A stretch of 64,000 nucleotides of DNA from an uncultured Candidatus Saccharibacteria bacterium. Its GTDB lineage: Bacteria; Patescibacteriota; JAQUNI01. Where the stretch lies: the NCBI GenBank assembly GCA_964555185.1, contig CAZKRD010000003.1, forward strand, positions 19,943-83,942, in the 5' to 3' direction. Shown in pieces: positions 1-9,451 of the stretch; position 1 is the stretch's first letter; each line of letters starts with the position of its first letter. A model generated the notes under the pieces. The model made no database searches, was not told the DNA's origin, and saw only the letters and a program-made list of their open reading frames with translations. The translations under genes and the position numbers were made by a program.

Positions 1-7
1 AATAATA

Positions 8-706
8 TTGGGCGTGAAGCCCAAAAAGCAGGGCAAGATGGAAATAATAGATAAAATTGATAATGGGATTGATCCTGACATTTTAGGGAAGGAAGACCTA
101 GAGCAAATATTGCTAAGCAATATTTCTCCCAAAATTGATATCAATATCCATGTCATTAAAAAATCTAGTAGTAAAAATTGGTATGCGGTTATAGAGGTAC
201 CAAAGGCTTATACTGCGGTACAATCTTTAATAGATTATAGGTATTACAGAAGGAGAAACTTCAAAACGGAGCCCATGACTAATGATGAAATATTAGATGT
301 TATGGGTCGTGCAAAATACCCTGAACTAGATTTAGATTTTTCAACTGCTATTTATTGCAGTCACCCCATTTTAATAATTCATATAGTCAATAAGGGTGAA
401 GTAATATCGTCTGATTTCGGTTTTAATATATTTTACTCTCAGGATGAAGCGGCGGTGGCGTGGCGCTTGCCAAATCAAGAGCAAATACTGGACTTGAGGG
501 GCAATAAAGGAGTTTTTAAATATAGGAGCTATTTAGATCCGAACAAGCCAATTTTGTTTCCAGGGGATAATTATCTCGTTACGACCACCAGCGTATGTGA
601 ATTTAAGTTGAAAGATAAAGAAGTTAAGGTTTCCTATGAGGTTTTTTCGGAAAATCCAATAAGAAAGATGAAGAAGAGATCCTTTTCTCTAAGGGGCAAG
701 GGGTGA
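8..706 (+). CDS. hypothetical protein (may be 5'-truncated by window edge)
   Basis: 232-aa ORF from track, ends TGA; no motif I can recognise by eye. Confidence 0.3.
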   Translation: MGVKPKKQGKMEIIDKIDNGIDPDILGKEDLEQILLSNISPKIDINIHVIKKSSSKNWYAVIEVPKAYTAVQSLIDYRYYRRRNFKTEPMTNDEILDVMGRAKYPELDLDFSTAIYCSHPILIIHIVNKGEVISSDFGFNIFYSQDEAAVAWRLPNQEQILDLRGNKGVFKYRSYLDPNKPILFPGDNYLVTTTSVCEFKLKDKEVKVSYEVFSENPIRKMKKRSFSLRGKG

Positions 707-1133
707 TGATCGCTTCAAACATTACTTGAACATGCGCCTGATTGGCATACACTCAAATGCTTCGTTAAGTCTAAAGTACGATGCGATCAAGAGGACGGTT
801 GCTTTGATTATGATGACCTTGATATGTTGATGACTGTGCAGAGAGACCAGACAAATCCAAGAGTAGGAAAAGTTACTGTGAAAGATCAGTAAGACAAAGG
901 CTATGAATTCAAAGGAGAAATTCACGATAATATTTCTGGAGCAACTTATATAAACTCAACGATCATTCCGGGACAGTTTCTCAAAATTACAAACGATTTT
1001 GACTTTATTCAATTCGCGTCTCCCGGTCCTAATGATATTGAGTACTTCTTGGAGACTGGTAGTTGCGTTGTCGATGACAACCAACAAACGACAATACTAA
1101 AAAAGATAGGCAATAGAGAATTAATTTAAACAT

Positions 1134-1724
1134 ATGCAAGAACAAGCTCAAGAGGAGGTGGAAAAACCGCAAAATGTGACTGCTAATACGCCGGTTACGC
1201 AGCCACAAAAGAAAAAGCACGGTTGTTTATGGGCGCTTCTGGTGGTCATTGGCTTGATTCTGATTATTGGAATTGTTTTGATTGCATCATGTAGTAAAGC
1301 ACTTAAAGAAGCTGAGGAACAGGAACGAGAAGAAATAGAGAAAGAAAAAGTTGTCACAGATACTGAAGCGGAAGGAGAGACTATCGATGAAGAAGCTATA
1401 GAAGTAACGCAAGTGGATATTGAGGAATTTATGGCGGAGTTTGATGATAATCAGTTAGCTGCTGAAGAAAAGTATAAGGATAAATGGGTGCGGATGGAGG
1501 CCAAAATTCGGAATATTAGTGATGACATTTTCGGTACGCCGTTTTTGTCATTAGAACCTGTTGGTAGTGATGAGTTTACGATGACATCGGTTAAATGTAA
1601 TTTTGAGGATGCGGAGCAACTAATGGAAGTTAAAAATGGTGAGATTATTACGGTGCAAGGAAAAGTAAGTAGTCAAGATCTGGGTGTTATTTCATTGCGT
1701 CATTGTGAGATTGTGGGCGAATAA
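1134..1724 (+). CDS. membrane-anchored OB-fold (tRNA_anti-like) protein
   Basis: N-terminal TM helix (LWALLVVIGLILIIGIVLIA), acidic E-rich linker, C-terminal ~100 aa (KWVRMEAKIRNISDD...ITVQGKV) resembling tRNA_anti-like OB-fold proteins. Confidence 0.35.
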   Translation: MQEQAQEEVEKPQNVTANTPVTQPQKKKHGCLWALLVVIGLILIIGIVLIASCSKALKEAEEQEREEIEKEKVVTDTEAEGETIDEEAIEVTQVDIEEFMAEFDDNQLAAEEKYKDKWVRMEAKIRNISDDIFGTPFLSLEPVGSDEFTMTSVKCNFEDAEQLMEVKNGEIITVQGKVSSQDLGVISLRHCEIVGE

Positions 1725-1747
1725 CTTAGAGCTGATATAAAAACTAA

Positions 1748-1798
1748 AGGCCTAAATCAAAAATACTTTTTGTATTTGCGATTTAAGCCTTTTTGTTT
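1748..1798 (+). terminator. hairpin + T-run downstream of 1134..1724
   Basis: aggcctaaatc ... gatttaagcct (11-bp arms, 1 mismatch) followed by ttttTgttt. Confidence 0.4.
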
Positions 1799-2052
1799 AG
1801 ATGATCGCGATAATTGTAAATAAAGTTTTACTAGCTTTTTCTTTTCATATTTCTAAGGCAAACTTTCACAAGCGAGTCCGTCTTTATCGCGGTCTCATTG
1901 GTGAATGTCGCCTTTGCCTAGTTGATTACAATAATTGCAACACTCTTAGCTCGGCTATGGGATGATGCTAGGGCCTATTTAAAGAAATGAAAAAGACGAC
2001 AAGAAAGCTCAATCTGTTGTTAAGTAAAGTTAAAAATACAAAAGCTAATTTA

Positions 2053-2283
2053 TTATCTCGTAGATTCACAGGGCATACAGTACGCACAAGGATCATAGCC
2101 ACGAGCCAATGCCTTCGCTTTTGTTTCAAAGTACACCTTACATTTGATTTCATTTATCTGGCAGTTTTTCTTTTTGTTCTGCAGATCATGAAACTCACGC
2201 TTCCTTTTCGGATCCTTGGGGTTGCAGTTACCCAACCACCTAGCAGAACTAGGCCCGGTTGAGCACTCTACTTTTTTAGCCAT
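2053..2283 (-). CDS. small Cys-rich zinc-binding protein (Ada-like metal-binding motif)
   Basis: 76 aa; C-terminal ...ARGYDPCAYCMPC resembles the GYRPCKRC end of the Ada Zn-binding domain; N-terminal CSTG...C. Confidence 0.3.
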   Translation of the reverse strand: MAKKVECSTGPSSARWLGNCNPKDPKRKREFHDLQNKKKNCQINEIKCKVYFETKAKALARGYDPCAYCMPCESTR

Positions 2284-2310
2284 GGTTTTTTTGTTTATTT
2301 TATTAATTTA

Positions 2311-3429
2311 TTATTCTCTCATCTCTCTTTGAGTTAACTCTTCTTTAACTGACTGAATATTTCCTCCATTCTCTTCAATAATAAAATAATTATAACTTTC
2401 AGAATCCGCAGCTCTATCAAAAATAGCTTCAAATAAGAACTCAAATGCTGGCCCTCTTCCTCTTTCGTTCTCGTATTCTTTTAGTAAATCGTCGAATTCA
2501 GAACTTTGAAGCATTTTCTCACGGATTTGTTCAGTTGAAAGATCAACCTGATCCCAGTAAGCTAATCCTTCTCTGTCTGGTTTGCGTCTAAAGACTGTCC
2601 AATAGAGATGAGCTATCTTCTCAAGACGTTCTGTGTCTTGTTTATCCATAAATTTCTCTTTATATTCTTCGCTATTTAGGAAGTAAAATTTAATTCCTAA
2701 AATATTAGTATTATCTTTCTTCCAATCTTCTAAATTTTTACCATCTATCTCTAGAATACTTCCAAAAAAATCTTGATATAAAGTTTTTAAGGCGTGTTGC
2801 CTGCTATAGCGATCTTCCAAAATGATAATTTTCTTTTCGTATTCATGGCTATTTAAAAAAGCTCGCCTAACATCATCAATAGAATAATCGTTCTGATCAA
2901 CCCAAAAATTTATTTCATCTTCCTCAGCAACTCGGTCAAAAATATCTTGGTATAATGATTCTATTTCTGTTCGTCGTTTATCTTGGGATAAAGAAGCAAT
3001 AATAGGGCCCAAAGAAAAACGACCTGCCTTAACAGATAGAGATTTAAGGCCATCAACTGCCCAGCGCACGGAAGAAACAACTTTGCCCGTTAGCCCAATA
3101 AGATAAGATTCGAAGCGATCAACTTCAGTCGGTGCGGGATTTTCCGGCGTCTTCGGTTGTTCACGAGTTGCTTCCAGTGGCTCATAAGGTTTCGATTCAG
3201 ATATTTCTGGCTCTGGTGGTGGTTCATAGACTGGTTTCGGTTTAGAGTTACAACCTGGATAGTATGGTGCGCATTTTGCTGAAAGTGGTGTACCATCACA
3301 GCAACGGCAACCGCAGACGCCACCATGATGAGAACAGCAACCACTTCTTGCTTCTGTATTTGCTGGCAAGAAAATTATCAAAACAATTGCAATGAGAATA
3401 ACCGGAAAAATTGTCTTAATATTCTTCAT
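2311..3429 (-). CDS. secreted protein with N-terminal Cys cluster and DUF4214-like repeats
   Basis: Start adjusted to MKNIKTIFPVILIAIVLIIFLPANTEA (signal peptide). 8 Cys in SGCCSHHGGVCGCRCCDG. C-terminal half has 4 repeats of the DUF4214 pattern (e.g. IAHLYWTVFRRKPDREGLAYWDQ). Confidence 0.5.
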   Translation of the reverse strand: MKNIKTIFPVILIAIVLIIFLPANTEARSGCCSHHGGVCGCRCCDGTPLSAKCAPYYPGCNSKPKPVYEPPPEPEISESKPYEPLEATREQPKTPENPAPTEVDRFESYLIGLTGKVVSSVRWAVDGLKSLSVKAGRFSLGPIIASLSQDKRRTEIESLYQDIFDRVAEEDEINFWVDQNDYSIDDVRRAFLNSHEYEKKIIILEDRYSRQHALKTLYQDFFGSILEIDGKNLEDWKKDNTNILGIKFYFLNSEEYKEKFMDKQDTERLEKIAHLYWTVFRRKPDREGLAYWDQVDLSTEQIREKMLQSSEFDDLLKEYENERGRGPAFEFLFEAIFDRAADSESYNYFIIEENGGNIQSVKEELTQREMRE

Positions 3430-3433
3430 AATT

Positions 3434-4027
3434 TTAAGGTAAACTTTCACAAGCAAGGCCATCGTTATCATTACCATCTAACCTATGAATGTTCCCAGCT
3501 CCTTGTTGCACACAATAGTTATAGCAGGCCTGAGCGGCGGCGTGAGTTGTGAAATCAGAACAATTATATCTGTTATAACTACAATCACAAACTGCTGTCG
3601 TGGGCGGTGGCGTAGGCTTAGGTGTCACTTTGGGTTGTGCAGTAGGGGTGGGTTCGACAGGTGTCGGTTCTAGTTCTTGTGGTTGAGGCGGTTGTTCTTG
3701 TTTTGGCTCTTGAATCAATGGTTCAACTTTTTGGGTTTGTTCGGTTTTGGGTTGTGTCGTAGGAGCGGGTTCAACAGGTGTCGATTCTGATTCTTCAGGT
3801 TGAGATGGTTCTTCTTGCTCTGGTTCTTGATTTAATGATTCAGCTTCTTGGGTTTGTTCAGTGGCTGATTGTTCCTGTACACCTTCTTGTGGTTGTTCTG
3901 CTTCGGTTGTTCCTGTTTTCGTCTCCTCTATATTGGTTTCTTCTTCTCTAGGGATTTGAGTGGTTTCTGTACAACCAGATAAAATCAACACGCCAACTAA
4001 AATAACAAATAATGTTATTTTTTTCAT
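3434..4027 (-). CDS. lipoprotein with Pro/Glu/Thr-rich tandem repeats and C-terminal Excalibur Ca-binding motif
   Basis: Lipobox LILSGC; ~100-bp tandem DNA repeats encoding EPxPTxQPK units; C-terminal DGNDNDGLACE matches the Excalibur DxDxDGxxCE motif. Confidence 0.6.
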   Translation of the reverse strand: MKKITLFVILVGVLILSGCTETTQIPREEETNIEETKTGTTEAEQPQEGVQEQSATEQTQEAESLNQEPEQEEPSQPEESESTPVEPAPTTQPKTEQTQKVEPLIQEPKQEQPPQPQELEPTPVEPTPTAQPKVTPKPTPPPTTAVCDCSYNRYNCSDFTTHAAAQACYNYCVQQGAGNIHRLDGNDNDGLACESLP

Positions 4028-4036
4028 CTTTTTGAA

Positions 4037-4294
4037 TTATTTTGCAAGCCCATTTCGTCTTAAACAATTTTGATAAGACCTTTCGAAATCATCACTTATT
4101 AAAAACTGTTGTTTGGCGACAAACTCTTTAAAAGTGCCATCGGTCTTAAAACTTCCCCCTACGGTTTCATAGCATTTTTTCCTAATCTGGCTTGGTCGCC
4201 ATTCAAACCAATAAAACCCAAATCCTAGAATGAGAAGCACCAAAACTACTAAGACTGTTTTCCAAATAAAGATTTTTTTGATTTTTTCTCTCAT
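4037..4294 (-). CDS. small single-TM protein (paralog family WFxxRPxQIRKxCY...CLxxxGL)
   Basis: 85 aa; TM helix then conserved motif shared with 5091..5420 and 5429..5683. Confidence 0.4.
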   Translation of the reverse strand: MREKIKKIFIWKTVLVVLVLLILGFGFYWFEWRPSQIRKKCYETVGGSFKTDGTFKEFVAKQQFLISDDFERSYQNCLRRNGLAK

Positions 4295-4302
4295 ATAATT
4301 GT

Positions 4303-4596
4303 TTAATAATGAACACCTGTTCCCTCCTCACCAAAGGTCTCTTCACAAAGGCTAAAACCGCCTTCCCATTTACAATTTTTGCCACATTCCCATCTATCAG
4401 TTAAATTCCCACTTTGAGATTTTATTCCTTCTCCCCACTTAACACATTCTTCGGCAGATTTTAAGTCTGGGCTAATTATATAATTATTACAAGTCAAACA
4501 ACCATTAGGATAATAGAAACCCTGATAATTATCTTTCTTAAAAAGGAAATTATATCCAAAATAAATAAAAGCTATAATTAAAATCAAAATCATCAT
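4303..4596 (-). CDS. small Cys-rich membrane protein
   Basis: 97 aa, N-terminal TM helix, 8 Cys. Confidence 0.3.
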   Translation of the reverse strand: MMILILIIAFIYFGYNFLFKKDNYQGFYYPNGCLTCNNYIISPDLKSAEECVKWGEGIKSQSGNLTDRWECGKNCKWEGGFSLCEETFGEEGTGVHY

Positions 4597-4671
4597 TTTT
4601 ATTGATGAAATAATTCTTGTTTTTGTCTATCGTCTTTTCCTCTATCATATATTTAAAATAAGGCCCATCGC

Positions 4672-5118
4672 CTATTTTTGTTCCTTGTCATGTTTACGCC
4701 TTGCAAAACCACCCACCATTAAAGCAATCGCAATAATAGTCCAAGCCATGGTCGCGCCACTAAAATATACCTGTTGCACTATAATTGTTGAAAACCACCC
4801 AGGTATTGCGAAGACAACCAAAAGCCCAATGCCCCAATAAACCAAGGTTTTACCCGAACGAAGGCCCATTTTGTCTTTGGCTTGTGCATATTCTTTATTT
4901 GATCGGAAAAGCATCCATACAAGCAAGCCTAAACCAACCCACTGGATAATCACAGCGACGATTGTTACTGCTAAAGACCTGCCAAGCAGAAGGAAAAGCA
5001 AACTAGGAATTACAGCAAGCAGGATAAGCCCCAGAACAATATTTTTTCTAACAGTCCATTGTTTCATGATATTAAAATTAGCTTTGTCACTTACTTTAAG
5101 CCGTGCTTCTCCAAGCAT
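4672..5118 (-). CDS. polytopic membrane protein
   Basis: 148 aa with 4 hydrophobic helices. Confidence 0.4.
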   Translation of the reverse strand: MLGEARLKVSDKANFNIMKQWTVRKNIVLGLILLAVIPSLLFLLLGRSLAVTIVAVIIQWVGLGLLVWMLFRSNKEYAQAKDKMGLRSGKTLVYWGIGLLVVFAIPGWFSTIIVQQVYFSGATMAWTIIAIALMVGGFARRKHDKEQK

Positions 5119-5420
5119 TGGTCGAAATAGACTTTAAAATCATCCATGTTATACATTTCTTCTTGCTCAACTGTTTTAGCAAGCTCCTCATCAAATTCCC
5201 CAAACTTTATTCGTATATCCTTCATTTTGTTTATCGCTTTTTCCGAGGCTAGGTCATCACACCTTTGCCTGATTCGTAGGGGGCGATATTCATACCAGTA
5301 AAACCACCCACCAATTACAATCAACAAGAAAACTAAAATCATCCCAACAAGCATAATTTTGGGTTTGATAGACTTCTTTTTTTCATCTGGCATATTTTCG
5401 TCTGCCATATATTTATCCAA
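5091..5420 (-). CDS. small single-TM protein (same paralog family)
   Basis: WFYWYEYRPLRIRQRCD...CLEKHGLK. Confidence 0.4.
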   Translation of the reverse strand: MDKYMADENMPDEKKKSIKPKIMLVGMILVFLLIVIGGWFYWYEYRPLRIRQRCDDLASEKAINKMKDIRIKFGEFDEELAKTVEQEEMYNMDDFKVYFDQCLEKHGLK

Positions 5421-5428
5421 GAGTCTAT

Positions 5429-5683
5429 TTATTCCTTTAGGCCGTGCTCATAAAGGCACGCCTGATAATAAAAGCCGAACATATTTTTTACAAAAGTATT
5501 AACTTCAGAGTCTGCTAATTTAGGTAATTCGACTTCTGTTAGGCCTTTCATTGTGTCGTTAGCTTCAGTATAGCAAGCCTTTCTTATTTGATAAGGTCTA
5601 AATTGAAACCAATAAAACAGGAATCCTAAAACCAGAATGATAACAACGATGTGAACGATCTTCCAAGAGAATATTCTTTTCAT
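5429..5683 (-). CDS. small single-TM protein (same paralog family)
   Basis: FYWFQFRPYQIRKACY...CLYEHGLKE. Confidence 0.4.
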   Translation of the reverse strand: MKRIFSWKIVHIVVIILVLGFLFYWFQFRPYQIRKACYTEANDTMKGLTEVELPKLADSEVNTFVKNMFGFYYQACLYEHGLKE

Positions 5684-6505
5684 ATGTTTAGAAAATATAC
5701 CTTGATTTAAATCACAAAACCTCCCGCCAGATTATGGTCTTGCGACCAACAGACTCTTTCGAGACTGACTTTGTAAAGCAAGTTCCTCTGACGAGAGGCT
5801 CTCTATGCTTTACAAGGCTTTTGATGCCATATCAGTTGAAAACTGACTTAGGCGATTTGATTGTAGGGTCTAACTGGTTAACTCCTCTTACATCAATTAT
5901 TACTTAGCCTTTTATAATCTTATTATACAGCAGAGGCTTATTATCTGTAAATCTTAAAATGAACATTAGCGCCTCGCTCTTGAAGCCAAGGCCTGTTCAA
6001 AATTTCCTTGCGCTCTTACTACTTGAAAGCGACTTACCAATTCGTTCACTGTCCCCCAAAAACAAGTTTTTTACGATAAAGCTGGAAACGAGAATGATTC
6101 CGATGAGTGAAATGCACAGAAGAAACAAGATTATCAGGAATATCAAGAAGATGAGGCAGTATTATTGATTCTTGCATTTTCCGAAGTCTCGGTGTAAGGT
6201 GGTATTAGAGTCGCAAAAAACACAGTTCAAAAAAGGACAATCTGGTAACCCTAAAGGTCGGCCCAAAGGAACTAAGAATTTCTCTACTATTTTTGATGCA
6301 GCTGTCAAACAGATAGCGATAAAGGATAACATCTCTGTAGCACAGATTGCTTTCGTAGTAGTAAAGAAGCTCAAGAGAAAGCAAGAGAGATCATAAAATT
6401 TTTAAGAGAAACACAAAACGAGAACGGCAACAATTAAACAAAAAAGGCGATAAAGAATCAACCTGTAAAAACAGGTAAAAAACAGGTGGGTGGTAGAAAA
6501 GCAAA

Positions 6506-7822
6506 ATGTCTGTTAATAAAAAAGAGAACAATTATTATCCTGAAGTTCCTGATAAATATAAGAAAGAATATATTGACAGATTTGGAGATAATAAAAAGAA
6601 ACCAAAAATCCTAAAAATAGTAGGATTTTTTTGTAAGTTTATAATTTTTGCAATAATTGCAACTGTACTTATTTGGTTTTTTATTAATTCCGAGGATAAT
6701 ACTGACAATACTTTTAATGCAAGAGAATTTCCTCAACTGGAAGAACCAAAGACTATAACATTTGAATGGGGATATAAAGGATCAAAATATTCAATAACAG
6801 ACATTTTTTACAAGACGGTTTACGATTATTACAATTCAGACCTAGATAAAAATTGTTCCCAAAGAGAGATTGAAGAAGAGATTTGTTTTAAAAAGTTCCT
6901 AGAAGAAGCGGAAGAAGACAATACAATTTTAAGGATAGTTTCGGATATTAAAGAAATAGCATCTGAAAACGAATTCAGTAATGATGAGTTAGTAGAAGTA
7001 GTTGTAGCCTTTGTTCAATCGATTCCTTATGATGATGATAAGGCTAGATTAATTACATCACTCCCAGAGTCTTATTATGAAGACGACTATGATGTTAAAT
7101 CTAAAATAGAAAAAACCCTCCCAAGGTATCCATACGAAACCCTATACGATAATACGGGAATTTGTACAGATAAGAGCTTTTTAACAACATCCCTTATAAG
7201 CAAACTAGGCTATGGTGTCGCCTTGTTTGATTTTGATAAAGAAGAGCACATAGCTCTCGCAATAAAGTGTCCAATAGAATATTCTTCCTATGACTCTGGT
7301 TATTGTTTTACAGAAACGACTGAAACAGGATTTAAAATAGGTGAAATACCTCTAATAGATAACAAAACAAATAAGCCGAAAGCCAGAACTACATTGGGCT
7401 CGCATAAGCAAAACAATACAAGAACAGACCTTTTGCCCTTAGAAGGTGTTGAAATATATGAAATAACTGATGGAAATAGTTACCAAGGAGTAATTGAGAT
7501 AGCCAAAACAGAGCAGAAATTACAGAAACTAGAAAAAGAAATCGATAGTTTATATATAGTTATAAACTCGTTAACTAAAGAACTGGAGCAATTAGAAAAA
7601 AATATTACTTATTATGAGCAGCAGGTTGATGAAGCTTATGAAAGGCATCAAATAATCCAAGATTACGCATCGTATGAGGACTATGAACAGGTATATACTG
7701 AATATGAATATGAGGTAAAAAAGTATAAATCTAAAACAGCTTTGGCCAATGATCAAATTGCTAAATATAATAAATTAGTCGACGAATATAACGGTATTAT
7801 AGAATCCTTCTATCCCGAATAG
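6506..7822 (+). CDS. membrane-anchored transglutaminase-like protein with C-terminal coiled coil
   Basis: TM helix near N-terminus; GICTDKSFLTTSLISKLGYGVALF...EEHIALAI resembles the transglutaminase-like Cys/His core; C-terminal heptad-rich region. Confidence 0.4.
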   Translation: MSVNKKENNYYPEVPDKYKKEYIDRFGDNKKKPKILKIVGFFCKFIIFAIIATVLIWFFINSEDNTDNTFNAREFPQLEEPKTITFEWGYKGSKYSITDIFYKTVYDYYNSDLDKNCSQREIEEEICFKKFLEEAEEDNTILRIVSDIKEIASENEFSNDELVEVVVAFVQSIPYDDDKARLITSLPESYYEDDYDVKSKIEKTLPRYPYETLYDNTGICTDKSFLTTSLISKLGYGVALFDFDKEEHIALAIKCPIEYSSYDSGYCFTETTETGFKIGEIPLIDNKTNKPKARTTLGSHKQNNTRTDLLPLEGVEIYEITDGNSYQGVIEIAKTEQKLQKLEKEIDSLYIVINSLTKELEQLEKNITYYEQQVDEAYERHQIIQDYASYEDYEQVYTEYEYEVKKYKSKTALANDQIAKYNKLVDEYNGIIESFYPE

Positions 7823-7973
7823 ATACTATAAAAGGTATGGGGTCAGGTTTTGAATCTTGACCTTTTTTTTATTTCTCCTTCCATCAAGCAAAACAAAAAA
7901 AGAATCTTGCGATTCTTGATTTTTTAATCAAGTTCTGCGAATGGTCTCCAGTAGCTCTTGTTGCTGTCATTTT

Positions 7974-9011
7974 CTACAAATCTTCCTTCATCAACTTAAA
8001 ATTCACCTGGTAGGTGTAAAGAGTAATGTTTTTCAATTCTTTGAGAGCATATTTTAATTTCTTGTCTACTTCCAAAACCACAATTACTCCTTTAACTATT
8101 TTGTCTTTGGCAAGGTTTTCTCGAACCCAAGCAATATAACGCAGTATCTGACCGACAACTGCATCGGAACTTCTGCCCTTTTTTAGCTCGATAACTAAAT
8201 ACTCCTTGCCATCTTTAAATCGAGCTAAAATATCTATTGGACCAACTGGTGTAGCATATTGTTGGCTTACCAAGTCCCCTTCCTCTTCGATCAACTCGTA
8301 TTTCTTACCGAAAGTTGTTTTACTCCAGTTAGCTATTAGAAAATCCTCAAGATGGCTCTCCATGCCAAAATTGACCAAATCTGCAACTCCATGTTCCTCG
8401 GCTTCCTTCTTTATTGCCTCTTCTTCGCTTTGAGAAACACCAAATGGGCTACTTCCGGAAATATTTCCTAAAACACCATCCAGTTGCCACAGGGTTATAT
8501 CGTGCTTATCTGCTAACTCCAACAACACTTGGTTGACCTTCAGATACTTATCAGCAAAGGTATCTCTTGGCAAAAACCTGGGAAATAGATTAAGTTTCTT
8601 TAAAGCCGACTCACTTTTGGTATTCCACACACCGTATTTGGCAGGATAAACGACTAGGAGAATAGGGGTAACAACCGCTCTACCCAATCCCTTGATATTA
8701 TAGCTGCTTCTTTTACTAAACGCCTTCTGTAATCTCTCTTTTATGGGGATATTCTCATCAAGAAGAAGATGCAGAAACTTCTTTAGTGCGTCCATATCAG
8801 AGGTAACTAGATTTCCTTGCCTATGTATTCCCTCCCAGTGAAGGTTGTTTTTTAGGAGTAAAAACGATTTGAAATCTTCTTTTATAAGACCATCGAGGTT
8901 AGCCGGATTAAACAATTGCCCATATTCTCCAACCACCTTTTTCTCTGACGTTACCCACCATGGGTCTTTTGCCCTGTTTTTAACAACTTTCTGAATGATT
9001 TCTTGTTCCAT
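7974..9011 (-). CDS. NucS/DUF91-like PD-(D/E)xK nuclease domain protein
   Basis: C-terminal PIDILARFKDGKEYLVIELKKGRSSDAVVGQILRYIAWV matches the conserved DUF91/NucS nuclease core. Confidence 0.5.
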   Translation of the reverse strand: MEQEIIQKVVKNRAKDPWWVTSEKKVVGEYGQLFNPANLDGLIKEDFKSFLLLKNNLHWEGIHRQGNLVTSDMDALKKFLHLLLDENIPIKERLQKAFSKRSSYNIKGLGRAVVTPILLVVYPAKYGVWNTKSESALKKLNLFPRFLPRDTFADKYLKVNQVLLELADKHDITLWQLDGVLGNISGSSPFGVSQSEEEAIKKEAEEHGVADLVNFGMESHLEDFLIANWSKTTFGKKYELIEEEGDLVSQQYATPVGPIDILARFKDGKEYLVIELKKGRSSDAVVGQILRYIAWVRENLAKDKIVKGVIVVLEVDKKLKYALKELKNITLYTYQVNFKLMKEDL

Positions 9012-9410
9012 AGGTCTATTTTAACAAAATTATAATAATTCTTTACACTGGCAACAAAAATATGATGAATACTAAAGACACAAATCCTCCAAAGCATAAA
9101 CCACGGAAGTATTTAGAAATACTGCGACAACTTGGGAAAAATGGGGTCGGGGTCGACTCTGATTTTTCTTTAGCTTAAACTCAAAAGTTTTACACTTAAA
9201 GTCCGATGTTGCTCCGCATCGTGGATAATGTTAGAACTATTATCCAGCGACAAAATGAGTATATTTACATCCCAGACTTATCTTCACAAGGTCAGATTTA
9301 GTTTATTGATTATTACTCCACCCCACTACTCACTATATATTTTGAATAAAAGGTTCCTGACACCTTTTTTCCCAGGCAAAAATTTCCTCCCCCCAACCCC
9401 CTCCATTTTT

Positions 9411-9448
9411 GCCTGCCTGCTGTTTTGGTAAGGCGAAATTAACAGGCC
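9411..9448. repeat. left 38-bp terminal inverted repeat of RM cassette
   Basis: gcctgcctgctgttttggtaaggcgaaattaacaggcc is the reverse complement of 13099..13136 with one mismatch. Confidence 0.85.
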
Positions 9449-9451
9449 AAA

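Noticed and set aside
1987-2262. Plus-strand ORF 1987-2262
   Set aside because: Translation is low-complexity; the overlapping minus-strand ORF 2053-2283 has a coherent Cys4-type zinc-binding pattern and is preferred
5959-6396. Small ORFs 5959-6168 and 6172-6396 (the latter has KGQSGNPKGRPKG, an AT-hook or phage-associated DNA-binding-like motif)
   Set aside because: Too short and unsupported to call confidently; possibly a remnant of a mobile-element DNA-binding protein; not listed as a feature
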